From contig JBMNJT010000002.1 in NCBI GenBank assembly GCA_050951805.1, positions 1,312,001-1,376,000 of the forward strand: a DNA stretch of 64,000 bases. The letters are read 5' to 3'. This DNA is from Bacillota bacterium (lineage in GTDB: Bacteria; Bacillota; DTU025). A program made the translations under genes and the position numbers. The stretch's first letter is position 1, and every line of letters starts with the position of its first letter. Below are positions 10,258 through 21,269 of this stretch, one piece after another. The notes below the pieces were generated by a model. That model saw nothing but the letters and a program-made list of their open reading frames with translations, was not told where the DNA came from and searched no databases.

Positions 10258-11230
10258 TGTAAACTCGCTCCTTGCCGCGGCCTCCTATTAACTCTACAAA
10301 CTGCCGTGAGAATGGGAGGACGATCGCCGCGGTGATTATGTTGAACAATGCGTGCGCATTCGCCAACTGCGCTCCGGGATCGGTAGAAAGAAGGCGAAGT
10401 AAATCGCAGAAGAGTTCGATAAATGGGAGGAATGCTGCTGCCCCCAGAACATTGAAAATCAGGTTCGCCCACGCCAGTGTCTGAGAGTCGCGATCTGCCG
10501 GCAAGGCTGCAACCAGAGCAGTGAAACACGTGCCAACATTGCTTCCAATGACAAGAGCCACCGCCCCCTCAAGTTCGACAAGGCCTTCCCTCGTCAGTGA
10601 GACTAAAAGCGCGCTCACAACCGAACTGCTATGGACTGCCGCCGTAGCGGCGGCGCCTACTACCGCCGCAAGAATCGGCTTATGCGATGCCCAGGTCAAA
10701 ATGACCTTTAGTGTATCCGAGTCCATCACGGCACCACTGGCTTCGGCAACCAACTCCAGGCCAAGAATGACTCCGGAGAAGCTGACTGCCGCCGCGCCGC
10801 CCAGCATTCGCATGCGCCCTGTCTCTTTCCTGACGCGGTCGGCTGCCCCGGGACCGCGGAGCTCCACCCATCCCCACGCCGTGAGCACGAGCCCTGCCCC
10901 GGCTGCCGCCCATCCGAGCCATGTCGGGCGGAGCCCCGCAATCTGCGCCGTCACGGTTGTTCCGACGTTGGCCCCAAGAATGGCAGCAAAAGCCGGGGCC
11001 AACCCCATCGCCCCTGAATTGACGAGGCCGACCAGGGTGACACTTACCAGCGTCGAGCTCTGAATCAGCGCTGTAACGCCCACGCCCGATACGAAAGCAG
11101 CCGGCACCGAGGCGCCATGAAGAGCCGCACGCGTGCGCGGGCCCAAAATCTCTCCGAGGGCCTTGCTCATCCCAACAAGTGAAAGCAGGAAAAGGGCGAG
11201 ACCCCCTATAAAAGGTATCGCCATAATCAT
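10208..11230 (-). CDS. Na/Pi cotransporter family protein (no PhoU tail)
   Basis: TALIQSST / GANVGTT and second repeat HSSS / GSNVGTC. Confidence 0.9.
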   Translation of the reverse strand: MIMAIPFIGGLALFLLSLVGMSKALGEILGPRTRAALHGASVPAAFVSGVGVTALIQSSTLVSVTLVGLVNSGAMGLAPAFAAILGANVGTTVTAQIAGLRPTWLGWAAAGAGLVLTAWGWVELRGPGAADRVRKETGRMRMLGGAAAVSFSGVILGLELVAEASGAVMDSDTLKVILTWASHKPILAAVVGAAATAAVHSSSVVSALLVSLTREGLVELEGAVALVIGSNVGTCFTALVAALPADRDSQTLAWANLIFNVLGAAAFLPFIELFCDLLRLLSTDPGAQLANAHALFNIITAAIVLPFSRQFVELIGGRGKERVYIERHPRVVAGNSPRSH

Positions 11231-11307
11231 TTTGCCACCACCTCACGACATGAGCATCCAGTCAGAAAACCGTATGCCGCAGCCGGAGAGGTTATGTGGC
11301 GAGGCTG

Positions 11308-11571
11308 CTAGAGGTATTCGCGTATATCCACCATGGATCCGGGTGAAATTGTTGGGTCAAGATAGTCAGCCGGATCAGTCGACATAACCCGTTCCACCTG
11401 GCCTCTGCCATCAGGCATAGGCCAGACCGAGAGGGGCACTCCCCTCACGCGGCACGAGACAAGCATGGGCGGCTCTACGGGGCCCATGGGGGCACGCCAG
11501 GCTGCGTAAGGGTCCATCTGCCACGCAGGCTCGCCCAGAACATCTTCAATGGGCATGACTGTGTAAAGCAT
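11308..11571 (-). CDS. ylzJ: YlzJ-like protein
   Basis: [11 protein letters not shown] start and STDPADYLDP..PG end; downstream of tepA. Confidence 0.88.
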   Translation of the reverse strand: MLYTVMPIEDVLGEPAWQMDPYAAWRAPMGPVEPPMLVSCRVRGVPLSVWPMPDGRGQVERVMSTDPADYLDPTISPGSMVDIREYL

Positions 11572-12311
11572 CAGTGGATACGCTCCTTTGCCCTGCCAGC
11601 TATCTTCCGTCTGATCGCGATGAGCTCGTCCAGCTTTCGGAGCGCGTCAGCGAGGCTTCCCACAGAGTCTATTAGCCCTGCATCCACGGCATCCTGTCCT
11701 ACCAGGACTGTGCCCACATCCCGAAGGAGTTCCCCCGTCCTGAACATGAGATCCCTGAAGCCCTCAATTGAACACCTGGAGTGTTCCGAGACGAACTTTA
11801 TTACCCGCTCCTGCATCCGCTCGAGGTACTCATACGTCTGCTGTGTTCCCACCACAAGCTGGCCTGATAGACGCAGCGGGTGTATGGTCATCGTGGCAGT
11901 GCTCGCAATCATCGAATAGCTGCAGCTAACTGCAATTGGGACCGCGATGGAATGCCCGCCTCCAAGGACTATGCTGACTGACGGAGTTGTCATCCCTGCA
12001 AGCAACTCCGATATGGCCAGCCCGGCCTCGACATCCCCTCCCACCGTGTTGAGGAGAATGAGAAGCCCCTCAATCTCATCGCTTTGCTCTATAGCAACGA
12101 GCTGAGGCATTATGTGCTCGTACTTGGTCGTCTTATTCTGAGGCGGCAGCACGGTATGGCCCTCTATCTGGCCAATAATGCTCAATACATGTATGTTGCT
12201 GGGCGGAGAAACGGGGGTTTCGATCTCCCCGAATTCCCTCAACGGAGCGCCTGCCAGCTCCTCTTGCTCCGGCGTCTGCTGCATCGGCTCAACCTCTGAT
12301 TCAGCCCTCAT
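11571..12311 (-). CDS. tepA: ClpP-family translocation-enhancing protein TepA
   Basis: [40 protein letters not shown]. Confidence 0.93.
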   Translation of the reverse strand: MRAESEVEPMQQTPEQEELAGAPLREFGEIETPVSPPSNIHVLSIIGQIEGHTVLPPQNKTTKYEHIMPQLVAIEQSDEIEGLLILLNTVGGDVEAGLAISELLAGMTTPSVSIVLGGGHSIAVPIAVSCSYSMIASTATMTIHPLRLSGQLVVGTQQTYEYLERMQERVIKFVSEHSRCSIEGFRDLMFRTGELLRDVGTVLVGQDAVDAGLIDSVGSLADALRKLDELIAIRRKIAGRAKERIH

Positions 12312-12380
12312 ATGCCGTTTGCACCTCCGTCAGTGAAGTCAACGTTAGTATGAGGGTGTGAGCAGAGTAATTATGTATCG

Positions 12381-12417
12381 GAATGCGAAGGCGGGGAAGA
12401 AACCCGCCCGCGCATTC
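12381..12417 (-). terminator. Hairpin after rnj
   Basis: gaatgcg..ggcggg / cccgcc..cgcattc inverted repeat immediately after the stop. Confidence 0.5.
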
Positions 12418-12420
12418 AGG

Positions 12421-14094
12421 CTACACATCCATTACCACTGGAATGACCATTGGACGCCTGCCGGTGCGTTCGAAGATGAAAGAGGATATTGCATGCCTCA
12501 GCCGGTCTTTCAATGACTGAACTTCCAGCACGCCTTCGCCTTCGAATTTCTCCACTACGTCCGAGGCCACGGATCTTATTTCATCAATGAAATCCTCAGA
12601 CTCCTTCAAGTAAACGAACCCCCGCGACACGATCTCGGGGCCGCCCACGATGAGCGCTCGACTCCTGTCGGCTGCCACGATGGCTACTACGATTCCGTCT
12701 TCCGAAAGAAGCTTCCTGTCTCGCAGAACCACGTTGCCTACCGCTCCAACTGAAAGGCCGTCAACGAGAAGATGCCCTGAGGCAACACGGCCCGCAACTT
12801 CCGCGCGTTCCTGGCTGAACTCGAGAATATCGCCGATCTCAGGTATGAGTATGTCGGACCTTGGCACTCCGACCTCCTGAGCGAGCCTCGCATGCTTAAC
12901 AAGATGCCTGTATTCTCCGTGCACAGGGACGAAGTATCGGGGCCTAACAATGTTCAGCATCAGTTTGAGCTCCTCTTGGCTTGCATGGCCCGAAACGTGA
13001 AAACCCGAAAATGCCTCGTGTATCACCTCGGCGCCCTGTTTGAAGAGGCGGTTGATAGTGGTTCCGATCATCCGCTCGTTTCCCGGGATAGTACTGGCAG
13101 ATATGATTACTGTATCGCCTGGTACGATTGACACCTTTCTGTGATCAGACATAGCCATTCGAGTTAGAGCACTCATGGGTTCTCCCTGGCTGCCAGTGGT
13201 CATTATCACCGCGCGGCTCGGGGGCAGGGATTCCAACGTGTCAAGATCGACTATGGTGCCGGGCTTGACGCGAAGATAACCGAGATCCAAGGCAAGCTTT
13301 ACATTATTCTCCATCGAGCGCCCCACGATGGCTACCCGCCGCCCTACTTCAGCCGCGGCATCAAACGCTTGCTGTATGCGTTCGATATGCGACGCAAAAG
13401 TTGTAACAAATATCCTTCCCTCAGCATCACGGAATGCGTCCCGGAAAAGCTCACCAACTACCTTCTCTGACAGAGTGTATCCAGGACGATCAGCATTGGT
13501 AGAGTCGGAAAGCATCACCAAGACGCCGCGCTCACCCAATTCCGCGAAGCGGCGCAAGTCCATTACCCGCCCATCTATCGGAGTTTGGTCGAATTTGAAG
13601 TCAGAAGTATGAACTATTATCCCAGCCGGGGTGTTGATGGCCAGAGCCACACAATCGGCAATGGAATGGCTTACATGGATGAACTCTACACTGATTTCTC
13701 CAAAGCTCTCCTGGTCGCCCGCGCTTATGACGCGGGCATTGCCGCCCAGCTGAATTCCGTGCTCCCTCAGTTTTGCCTGGACCAAAGCCAGGGTGAGCCT
13801 TGTGCCGTACACCGGTACGTTGCCGATACGTTTAAGTACGTATGGAAGGGCCCCTATGTGGTCTTCATGGCCGTGAGTCAGAATTACCGCCCTTATGCGC
13901 TCTTTGTTGTCTTCCAGATATGAGACGTCAGGGATCACCAGATCGACTCCGAACATGTCATCGTCCGGAAACATCAATCCGCAATCGATGACGATCATGT
14001 CGTCGCCGTATTCCACAACCAACATGTTCTTCCCTATTTCGCCTATTCCACCCAGAGGTATCAAGCGCACGGGATCTGTTTTGATTTTAGTCAC
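12421..14094 (-). CDS. rnj: Ribonuclease J
   Basis: GGIGEIGKNM, LTHGHEDHIG, GSQGEPMSAL, HVSGHA, PVHGEYRH. Confidence 0.97.
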   Translation of the reverse strand: MTKIKTDPVRLIPLGGIGEIGKNMLVVEYGDDMIVIDCGLMFPDDDMFGVDLVIPDVSYLEDNKERIRAVILTHGHEDHIGALPYVLKRIGNVPVYGTRLTLALVQAKLREHGIQLGGNARVISAGDQESFGEISVEFIHVSHSIADCVALAINTPAGIIVHTSDFKFDQTPIDGRVMDLRRFAELGERGVLVMLSDSTNADRPGYTLSEKVVGELFRDAFRDAEGRIFVTTFASHIERIQQAFDAAAEVGRRVAIVGRSMENNVKLALDLGYLRVKPGTIVDLDTLESLPPSRAVIMTTGSQGEPMSALTRMAMSDHRKVSIVPGDTVIISASTIPGNERMIGTTINRLFKQGAEVIHEAFSGFHVSGHASQEELKLMLNIVRPRYFVPVHGEYRHLVKHARLAQEVGVPRSDILIPEIGDILEFSQERAEVAGRVASGHLLVDGLSVGAVGNVVLRDRKLLSEDGIVVAIVAADRSRALIVGGPEIVSRGFVYLKESEDFIDEIRSVASDVVEKFEGEGVLEVQSLKDRLRHAISSFIFERTGRRPMVIPVVMDV

Positions 14095-14140
14095 TACTTA
14101 TACTGCACCTCGCAGATTCTCATTGTATCAAGCTGCTAGA

Positions 14141-14169
14141 ATTATATACCTAGCGCCATTGCGTATCAA
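14141..14169 (-). promoter_or_regulatory. SigA promoter of rnj
   Basis: TTGATA-N17-TATAAT on the minus strand. Confidence 0.7.
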
Positions 14170-14301
14170 GGAGACAGATCGACGCGTCCATTTTGGCACA
14201 TGCTTTGCAGCCACGCCATCTGGGTATTCACCATCCATCAATTACTGGATTGTCTGACCGACTCGATTCTCCCCCACCCGCAAAAGCATAAGTCATCAAA
14301 G

Positions 14302-14326
14302 GAGGCCACTTACAATAAGTGGCCTC
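14302..14326 (-). terminator. Intrinsic terminator after the YhhN gene
   Basis: Perfect 11-bp stem gaggccactta/taagtggcctc followed by CTTT on the minus strand. Confidence 0.7.
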
Positions 14327-14364
14327 GGAAAATGCAAATACTCGAGAGGCACTGCCATTCTATA

Positions 14365-15012
14365 TCAGCCTATCAGAAGTCCGATCACGATGAAAACCTG
14401 CGCCAGCACGTACGAGGTCATGACATAGAGCTCTGCGCCTGGAATTCTGGCCCTAGACCTGTTACATGCAAGTATCGAATCTGATGCGATGAAGAGAAGC
14501 GACCCGATGAAGGGAAGCCAAAAACCCCACCCCGAAAAAGTGCAAGCTCTGAGGAGCGTAGCAAGGCTCATGAGGGAAATTGCCCCGCCATATACGATGA
14601 ATGGCACCTTCATCTTCCCCGGATCCGAAAAAATCCTTGAGTGGAAATACCATCCATAGGCAACATAAAGCATGATCGATACCCAAAACCACCAAGGGAT
14701 CCCAACTGAAAAATCGATGGTCTGTATTATGGCAACAATATAGAAAACATGCCCGATAAGGAAAGATGCGAGCCCAGCAGCAAAAGAACTGTCATTGTCG
14801 GACCATAACAGCAAGATATCTCCAATAGTGCTTGCAACGAGCGCCAGCACAACCCAGATGCTAACAACATCGGCCTCTACCAAGTAAAGAAGCAAAAGCA
14901 ACGGCATGAGAAAAGGCTTGGTAAAACGCCTGCCAGGCTTGTTTTCCTGAGCAGTGAAACAGAGATGCATTGCAAAGACTATCAGAAAAGTCACATAAAT
15001 CGGTGTACACAT
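14365..15012 (-). CDS. Lysoplasmalogenase / YhhN family membrane protein
   Basis: TKPFLMP, GDILL, GLASFLIGHVFY, GSLLFIASDSILA, SYVLAQ. Confidence 0.9.
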   Translation of the reverse strand: MCTPIYVTFLIVFAMHLCFTAQENKPGRRFTKPFLMPLLLLLYLVEADVVSIWVVLALVASTIGDILLLWSDNDSSFAAGLASFLIGHVFYIVAIIQTIDFSVGIPWWFWVSIMLYVAYGWYFHSRIFSDPGKMKVPFIVYGGAISLMSLATLLRACTFSGWGFWLPFIGSLLFIASDSILACNRSRARIPGAELYVMTSYVLAQVFIVIGLLIG

Positions 15013-15139
15013 TCCTTACTCATCTCCACTCATTATTCTCTCCCATGCACGCGAACGAACGCGTTGCCTGTGAGGCGTGCCCGCACTCAGCTAGGGGCCG
15101 TATGGCGCCTTCGAGCGCTGGCTGCCTTAACCTAACATT

Positions 15140-15168
15140 ACTATAGCATCTCCATTAATGGGGTTCAA
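15140..15168 (-). promoter_or_regulatory. SigA promoter (extended -10) of the YhhN gene
   Basis: TTGAAC-N17-TATAGT with TG at the extended -10 position. Confidence 0.6.
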
Positions 15169-16002
15169 TGGCATCCTTACCCATCGCATCAACCTTGGTT
15201 CTGTATAACCACTGGAATAAGGATAGGAAGCTCTATCGAAGAGTGAAGATCTCCAAGTAGACCGCAACAAATCTCTGCGCGATCCTCGAGGTCCTTATTT
15301 GAAAGTTCAGCCTTCGCTAGAAGCCCAGTAAGCGCCGTGCGGCGTGGAGCCGGCTAAGGTTCGCCGCGGGGGCGAGCAGGTTTTGCAGACCAGTCTAAAA
15401 CTCAGACACCCGCGCCCGAAAAGCGACTAAATAATAGACACATTCCTTGAAGGCAGGCCCAAGTTGCCCTTTCATATGAGTGCGTTGAATGCATAGACTG
15501 CCGGAGCGCTCAGACGGATCTCACGGTCGGGAGCGTATACGCATCGCTTTCGTCGTTGTAAAGAACATAATTGCCCGCAAGCGTCGAACCGGGAATTCGA
15601 TTACGCCATCTACCCTGGCTTTCCCCCGTGAATCATATCCCGGCACGGCTGAGTGCTGCGGGCGTTTATGGCTAAGGCCAAGATCCCCCAAGACTGTGTA
15701 CGTTGTCGATGTACAAATGCGAACCAATTACCGCACTGCGACATAGGTGCAAAGACGTGTCTACGCCTAGCAGACATCAGATGACAGGCTAACCGATAGC
15801 GCAAAAACTTATTGGGAGTCACTTAGTAGCTGTTGACTTTATGTATGATTGCCGGCCGTGCATGAAGACACTGATTTCTGCTTTAAGGCGTAGGAATCGC
15901 TCCGCGCCAGTACCCGGCCTCATCTAATGATCAACTTCATACGAGCCGAGGCCAGAAACGAACACCTCGCACAGGTGATTTGCCTGCCGAAACAGCAAGC
16001 CC

Positions 16003-16035
16003 AAAGAGCGCCCAGTGCACGGACATAGGGCGCTC
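16003..16035 (-). terminator. Terminator of the dap operon
   Basis: gagcgccc/gggcgctc stem followed by TTT on the minus strand. Confidence 0.55.
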
Positions 16036-16136
16036 GATTGTCTGATTCCAAGACTGAAAGCAGAGTGAAGATAACGCGGATCCTGTTGACGTCTGGTATG
16101 CCATCACCACGTATGACCCTGCCAATATGCACTGTA

Positions 16137-17030
16137 TTAGATCAGCCCAAGCGACTCCATGACCGCTTCTATTTGCCCAAGTTCTGCATCGGTCGCTTCA
16201 ACCAGCGGCGGTCTTAGTCCGCCCGCATCAAATCCTGCAAGCTTCAAGGCTGCCTTGATCGGAATGGGGTTAGTGGTAATAAATATCACCTTGAATAATG
16301 GCAACAACCGCCGGTGCATCTCTGCGGCAAGCTCCACATCTCCGTCGATGAACGCTGTAACCATCTGCTGAATCCCAGGGCCAGCCACGTGCGACGCCAC
16401 GCTCACAACCCCATCGCCGCCCACAGACATCATGGGTATGGTCATGTTGTCATCCCCGCTGTATATTGTGAATCCCTTTGGCGCTTTCGATCTTATCTCA
16501 GCCACCTGTTCGAGGCTGCCCGACGCCTCTTTGACCGCCACTATGTTCGAAAAATCATTGGCTAACTTGGCCATCGTATCGGCGCTGAGGTTAACTGAGG
16601 TCCTGCCTGGAACGTTGTATATCATGAGCGGCAGTGAAGTCGATCGGGCTACACTGGCAAAGTGCCGATACAATCCTGCTTGCGGCGGCTTGTTATAGTA
16701 GGGCGTAACCAACATTGCGCCATCCACGCCCAACTTCTCCGCTTCCTGCGTCAGCTCTATACTCGTGCGAGTATCGTTCCCCCCGGTCCCTGCAATTACC
16801 GCCGCTTCACCGCCCACCTCTTCCAAGACTACGCGGAAAAGCTCGAGTTTCTCTTCATGCGTCAATGTTGGAGATTCGCCGGTCGTCCCGGAGACCACGA
16901 GCCCGTCCGAACCGTTCTCGATTAACCTTCTTGCGAGCTCTCGCGCTTTTCTGTAATCCACAGACAGATCAGGGGCGAAAGGCGTTGCCATTGCCGTGAT
17001 CACGCGAATGCGTCTTCCGTTCTTCTTCAA
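16137..17030 (-). CDS. dapA: 4-hydroxy-tetrahydrodipicolinate synthase
   Basis: [31 protein letters not shown]; start moved to TTG after GGGAGG. Confidence 0.97.
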   Translation of the reverse strand: MKKNGRRIRVITAMATPFAPDLSVDYRKARELARRLIENGSDGLVVSGTTGESPTLTHEEKLELFRVVLEEVGGEAAVIAGTGGNDTRTSIELTQEAEKLGVDGAMLVTPYYNKPPQAGLYRHFASVARSTSLPLMIYNVPGRTSVNLSADTMAKLANDFSNIVAVKEASGSLEQVAEIRSKAPKGFTIYSGDDNMTIPMMSVGGDGVVSVASHVAGPGIQQMVTAFIDGDVELAAEMHRRLLPLFKVIFITTNPIPIKAALKLAGFDAGGLRPPLVEATDAELGQIEAVMESLGLI

Positions 17031-17062
17031 TGTAATTCCCTCCCAGATCGCCAACTGCGAAC

Positions 17063-18289
17063 TTATTTCTCCAGCTCAAATTCGGAATGGAGTGCGCGCG
17101 CCGCACGCTCCATATCGACCTCCGGAACCAGGCAGGAGATGGAGTAATGGGAGTCAGAGGTCTGCAGAATTCGTATTCCGGCGCCGTGAAGAGCCCTCAC
17201 TACCCTGGACATGACCCCGGGAACTCCTCTCATGCCCTCGCCTACTACAGACACCTTTGCGCAACCAGGATTAGCCACTGCCGAAAGGCCCAGCCTGTCA
17301 AGGGCACGCACAGCACGCGCCGAATCCCTTGCAGAGACGATGAAGGCGATCATGTCGGGGAAAACGTTGATCATGTCCACTGAGATATGATTATCCGCCA
17401 TGGTAGAAAAGACGTTGAGTGCAGCGTCATCAGCTTTGAAATCGTATTCCTCAAGCACTATCTGGGCCATGTTGCCTATGCACGTCACAGAGGAAACAAA
17501 CCGGTCTGGCACCGCAATAGGCATTCGTTGTGGCGGAATGTCAGTCACCAAAGTTCCCGGGCAATCCGAAAAAACGCTCTTGATCGCCAGAGGAATCCGC
17601 GCCTGACTCGCAATCTCAACCGCCCGTAAGTGGACCACCTTCGCCCCCAAGTTCGCCATCTCTATCAGCTCGCTGTACGTCATGGTCTCCTGGAATCTGG
17701 CGTTTGGCACGATATGTGGGTCGGCCGTCATCACGCCCTCTACATCTGTGTATATCTCGACCAGATCCGCACCAAGCGCAGCTGCCAGCGCTGCGGCGGT
17801 GGTGTCGCTGCCGCCCCGTCCCAACGTTGTTACGTCGCCCCCATCCGTGACTCCCTGGAATCCTGCCACAACAGGAACGACACCACTTGCAATCGCATTG
17901 TGGAGGCCCGCGGGGTCGATCCTCACTATGCGAGCATCGCCGAAATTGTCGTCTGTCTCGATTCCAGCCTGCGCCCCGGTAAACGACATGGCAGGGCAGC
18001 CCGACGCAACAAGAGCCGATACAAGCACCACAGAGGATATAATCTCTCCACACGCTGCTATGGCGTCACGCTCCCTAGGCGGGAGAGTATCTCCAGCGCA
18101 ATCTACCAGCGCCAGAAGGGCGTCTGTGGAGTAAGGAGCCGGTTTTCGCCCCATTGCAGATACTACTGCAACAACGTCATTGCCCGCGCGCCTCGCCTCC
18201 GCTATCCTCGAAACCACCAGCGCACACGCCTGGGCGTCCGCCACCGACGTGCCTCCAAATTTCTGAACAATAATGCCCACACGCGTCAC
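17063..18289 (-). CDS. dapG: Aspartate kinase I
   Basis: [29 protein letters not shown] domains; lies between asd and dapA. Confidence 0.93.
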   Translation of the reverse strand: MTRVGIIVQKFGGTSVADAQACALVVSRIAEARRAGNDVVAVVSAMGRKPAPYSTDALLALVDCAGDTLPPRERDAIAACGEIISSVVLVSALVASGCPAMSFTGAQAGIETDDNFGDARIVRIDPAGLHNAIASGVVPVVAGFQGVTDGGDVTTLGRGGSDTTAAALAAALGADLVEIYTDVEGVMTADPHIVPNARFQETMTYSELIEMANLGAKVVHLRAVEIASQARIPLAIKSVFSDCPGTLVTDIPPQRMPIAVPDRFVSSVTCIGNMAQIVLEEYDFKADDAALNVFSTMADNHISVDMINVFPDMIAFIVSARDSARAVRALDRLGLSAVANPGCAKVSVVGEGMRGVPGVMSRVVRALHGAGIRILQTSDSHYSISCLVPEVDMERAARALHSEFELEK

Positions 18290-19311
18290 CTCCGGTCATC
18301 ATAGAGCGCCAATCCTATCTGAACAGCGTTGGATGCGGCGCCTTTTCTGAGCTGATCACCTACGACCCAAAGCCACATGGCATTGGGCGCGGATGGATCC
18401 TCGCGCAACCTGCCAACCTCGACATCATCTTTGCCGGATACATGTATGGGCATTGGATATGCGAAACTCGCAGGATCATCCATCAACCTGATGCCCGGAG
18501 AGGAAGCCAACACAGCTCTGACTTCATCCATCGGAGCCCGTTGGCAAGTCTGCAGGTTTATCGACTCCGAATGGGACCGGAAGACCGGCACCCGGACGCA
18601 AGTCGCAGATATCTTGAGCGAGGGATCTTGCAGTATCTTTCTGATCTCATCGGTCATCTTGTATTCCTCGCGGGTATATCCGTCCTCACAGAACGAGTCC
18701 ACGTGAGGAATGACATTGAAGGCTATCTGATGATGTACCTCGGCGGATTTGTATGGCAGAACCGAGGGCAGTGGATCCAAGCCTGCAAGGACCGCTTCTG
18801 ACTCGTCCGCAAGGGCCTCTATTGCAGCATGCCCGGCTCCCGACACCGCCTGATAGGTCGACACGATCATACGCTCCAATCCCCAACGGCGGTATATTGG
18901 GGCCACTGCAACCACTGCTATTATGGTCGAACAGTTCGGGTTCGCAATTATGCCGCGATGCTCGTGGACAGCATCGATGTTGACTTCAGGAACCACAAGG
19001 GGAACCTCGGGATCCATCCTGAAAGCACTCGAGTTATCAATGACGAGCGTACCCCGGCGCGCCAGCTCCGGCGCCAATTTCCGGCTCACGCTGGCACCCG
19101 CGGCAAGGAACGCAACGTCTGCTCCCTCCAGGGCAGAGATCTCAGTATTTGTCACCGTGATCTCGCCCATGGGCGTCGAAACCTTGCTCCCCGCTGATCT
19201 GGGAGACGATGCAAGAATCAAATCTGACACGGGAAACTCCAACTCGAATATGGCAGAGACTATCTCTCTGCCGACGGCACCTGTTGCGCCCACAACTGCT
19301 ACTCTCAACAA
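18286..19311 (-). CDS. asd: Aspartate-semialdehyde dehydrogenase
   Basis: GATGAVG, IDNSSAFRM, ANPNCST, CVRVPV..HSES, DQLRKGAA. Confidence 0.97.
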   Translation of the reverse strand: MLRVAVVGATGAVGREIVSAIFELEFPVSDLILASSPRSAGSKVSTPMGEITVTNTEISALEGADVAFLAAGASVSRKLAPELARRGTLVIDNSSAFRMDPEVPLVVPEVNIDAVHEHRGIIANPNCSTIIAVVAVAPIYRRWGLERMIVSTYQAVSGAGHAAIEALADESEAVLAGLDPLPSVLPYKSAEVHHQIAFNVIPHVDSFCEDGYTREEYKMTDEIRKILQDPSLKISATCVRVPVFRSHSESINLQTCQRAPMDEVRAVLASSPGIRLMDDPASFAYPMPIHVSGKDDVEVGRLREDPSAPNAMWLWVVGDQLRKGAASNAVQIGLALYDDRR

Positions 19312-19430
19312 CTGGCATCAACCCCCACAACTTGTATGAACATGCACATCAAAAATGCCTTCAGGCAGATGAAGCTGCCTGGCGCGTGCCGATTAGGCAT
19401 ACTTATTGGCGACAGCCCCTGGAATTCCTG

Positions 19431-20039
19431 CTACGAACGGCGCAAGTCCTTCCACTTTTCGACGAGCAAAGGTTGGACTTGTCTACCAGCCAAAGCTTCC
19501 TCCACTGTCCTCTCCATCTCGCTCATGCGCGACACAATCGAAGTCGGCTTCCCAATCGGATCATCCTGCCCATATGGTATAAAATATACATTTTTCCGCG
19601 AATGAAGCATGCCTATGTTGCGTGCGCACCCTGACAGGCCATCATTTGTTGCAATTCCGATTACCACGGGTCTCCCATTGCGAAGCTGCGCTTTGGCCGC
19701 CATTAACACCGGAGAATCCGTTATGCCCAGAGCAAGCTTTGCGACTGTATTGCCAGTGCACGGCGCAATTACCAAACAGTCCAAGAGTTTTTTGGGCCCT
19801 ACCGGTTCGGCCTTAGTCATCGTATCAATAACCCGCGTTCCCGTCATCTTCTCCAGTTTCTCGCGGATATCCTGTGCCCGCCCGAACCTGGTGTCAGTAT
19901 GGGAAACCGACTCCGAGAGTATTGGGATCACAGCAGCGCCCCCCATGATGAGCTTCTCTATCTCAGGCAGCACCTCGGGGATAGTGCAATGTGAACCGGT
20001 AAGGGCAATCCCAATCGTCTTCCCTTCCAGTGCCATCAA
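19431..20039 (-). CDS. spoVFB: Dipicolinate synthase subunit B
   Basis: LTGSHCT, TDTRFG, AEPVGPK, APCTGNT, PYGQDDP..KP.S. Confidence 0.95.
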   Translation of the reverse strand: MMALEGKTIGIALTGSHCTIPEVLPEIEKLIMGGAAVIPILSESVSHTDTRFGRAQDIREKLEKMTGTRVIDTMTKAEPVGPKKLLDCLVIAPCTGNTVAKLALGITDSPVLMAAKAQLRNGRPVVIGIATNDGLSGCARNIGMLHSRKNVYFIPYGQDDPIGKPTSIVSRMSEMERTVEEALAGRQVQPLLVEKWKDLRRS

Positions 20040-20104
20040 CTTACACCTCCATCAATCGTCCCTTTCCACCCGGCGCGCGTTCGTTCATGAACATCGCCGA
20101 TTGC

Positions 20105-20132
20105 AGTATATGGCCGATGTCATATGGAGGTG
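20105..20132 (-). promoter_or_regulatory. SigK-type promoter upstream of spoVFB
   Basis: CACC-N16-CATATACT matches the SigK consensus; spoVF is SigK-controlled in B. subtilis. Confidence 0.6.
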
Positions 20133-20229
20133 TCTGTCCGCGCACAGCGCAGGCCCGGGATAGACATGGGTGCGTGCCTCAAACGCGGCTCGCAACAAGC
20201 CCAAAAAAGGCCCCTATGCGCCACAGAGC

Positions 20230-21021
20230 TTACTCTAGCAGGGGATCAAGCCCCAGAACAACATGGTCCAATTGACTGACCTTGCGAACAGCTAGAAGCA
20301 CTCCGGGCATGAAGGAATCACGGCCCAGCGAATCATGCCTCACAGTAAGGGTTTGCCCCGGACCGCCGAATATGACTTCCTGGTGCGCCACTAGGCCAGG
20401 CAAACGAACCGAATGAATCGGGACGCCCTCTACCTCTACGCCCCTAATGCCTCCATCAAGCCCCCTCCGGGAGACAGCGTCGCCCCTCCCGGATGCGACT
20501 TCATGGGCAGTAGCTTTCGCGGTGCCTGACGGAAAATCAACTTTGCCGTCATGATGCAGCTCCACTATTTCACAGTCCGGGAAGTACCTCGACGCCTCCC
20601 TCGCAAACCTCATCATCAATACTGCGCCAAGGGCGAAATTGGGAACAACGGCTCCCCCCACCCCTGCCTGGGCCGCTTCGTTCATGATCGATTCCATCGT
20701 CGACGCCGACATCCCTGTAGTGCCGACAACGAATCGCACCTTCCGAGATATGGCCATCTTTATGTTGGCTTCAGCGGCTTTGGCCACAGTAAAATCGACC
20801 ATCACATCGGGAGCGGTTTTATCCAGGACTTCGGCAAGATCAGTGCAAATGGCGATCCCAACCTCGCCTATCCCCGCCGCCGTTCCGGCATCCTGTCCTG
20901 CCATGACTACGTCGACAGCTCCGACAAGCTCCATGTCTTCGGCACGACATATCGCCCGCACAACCTCACGGCCCATTCTTCCTGCAGCTCCCGCAATCAC
21001 GACCTTGATAACGCGATTCAA
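20230..21021 (-). CDS. dapB: 4-hydroxy-tetrahydrodipicolinate reductase
   Basis: GAAGRMG, DFT, VGTTG, ELHHDGKVDFPSGTA, HSVRLPG; start moved to TTG. Confidence 0.96.
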   Translation of the reverse strand: MNRVIKVVIAGAAGRMGREVVRAICRAEDMELVGAVDVVMAGQDAGTAAGIGEVGIAICTDLAEVLDKTAPDVMVDFTVAKAAEANIKMAISRKVRFVVGTTGMSASTMESIMNEAAQAGVGGAVVPNFALGAVLMMRFAREASRYFPDCEIVELHHDGKVDFPSGTAKATAHEVASGRGDAVSRRGLDGGIRGVEVEGVPIHSVRLPGLVAHQEVIFGGPGQTLTVRHDSLGRDSFMPGVLLAVRKVSQLDHVVLGLDPLLE

Positions 21022-21138
21022 CCTAAGCCAGCCCCCTTCTGCTGCTCTGCCTGTTAACATGTCTAATTCTTCAGACATAGATCTATTACCCCATCACTAC
21101 TAGGCAGGTGTGAAACCCCGAGCGCCTTTTCCACAAGG

Positions 21139-21171
21139 GGGCCGGTTGACGGCCATTGCCGCAACCGGCCC
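21139..21171 (-). terminator. Terminator after the general stress protein gene
   Basis: gggccggttg..ggc / gcc..caaccggccc stem. Confidence 0.55.
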
Positions 21172-21269
21172 ATCCCGCTCAACGGAGGAGTTTGCCAACG
21201 GCCCCTGCAAGCCCTGGACGCTCCCCGAGTTCTGCTGAGATATGCCAGCCTTCCAGAGGGCCGCCTTCC

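Noticed and set aside
21080-21265. Possible lysine riboswitch upstream of dapB
   Set aside because: No AGAGGNGC start or loop-E/kink-turn pattern; the visible stem is explained as the terminator of the upstream gene
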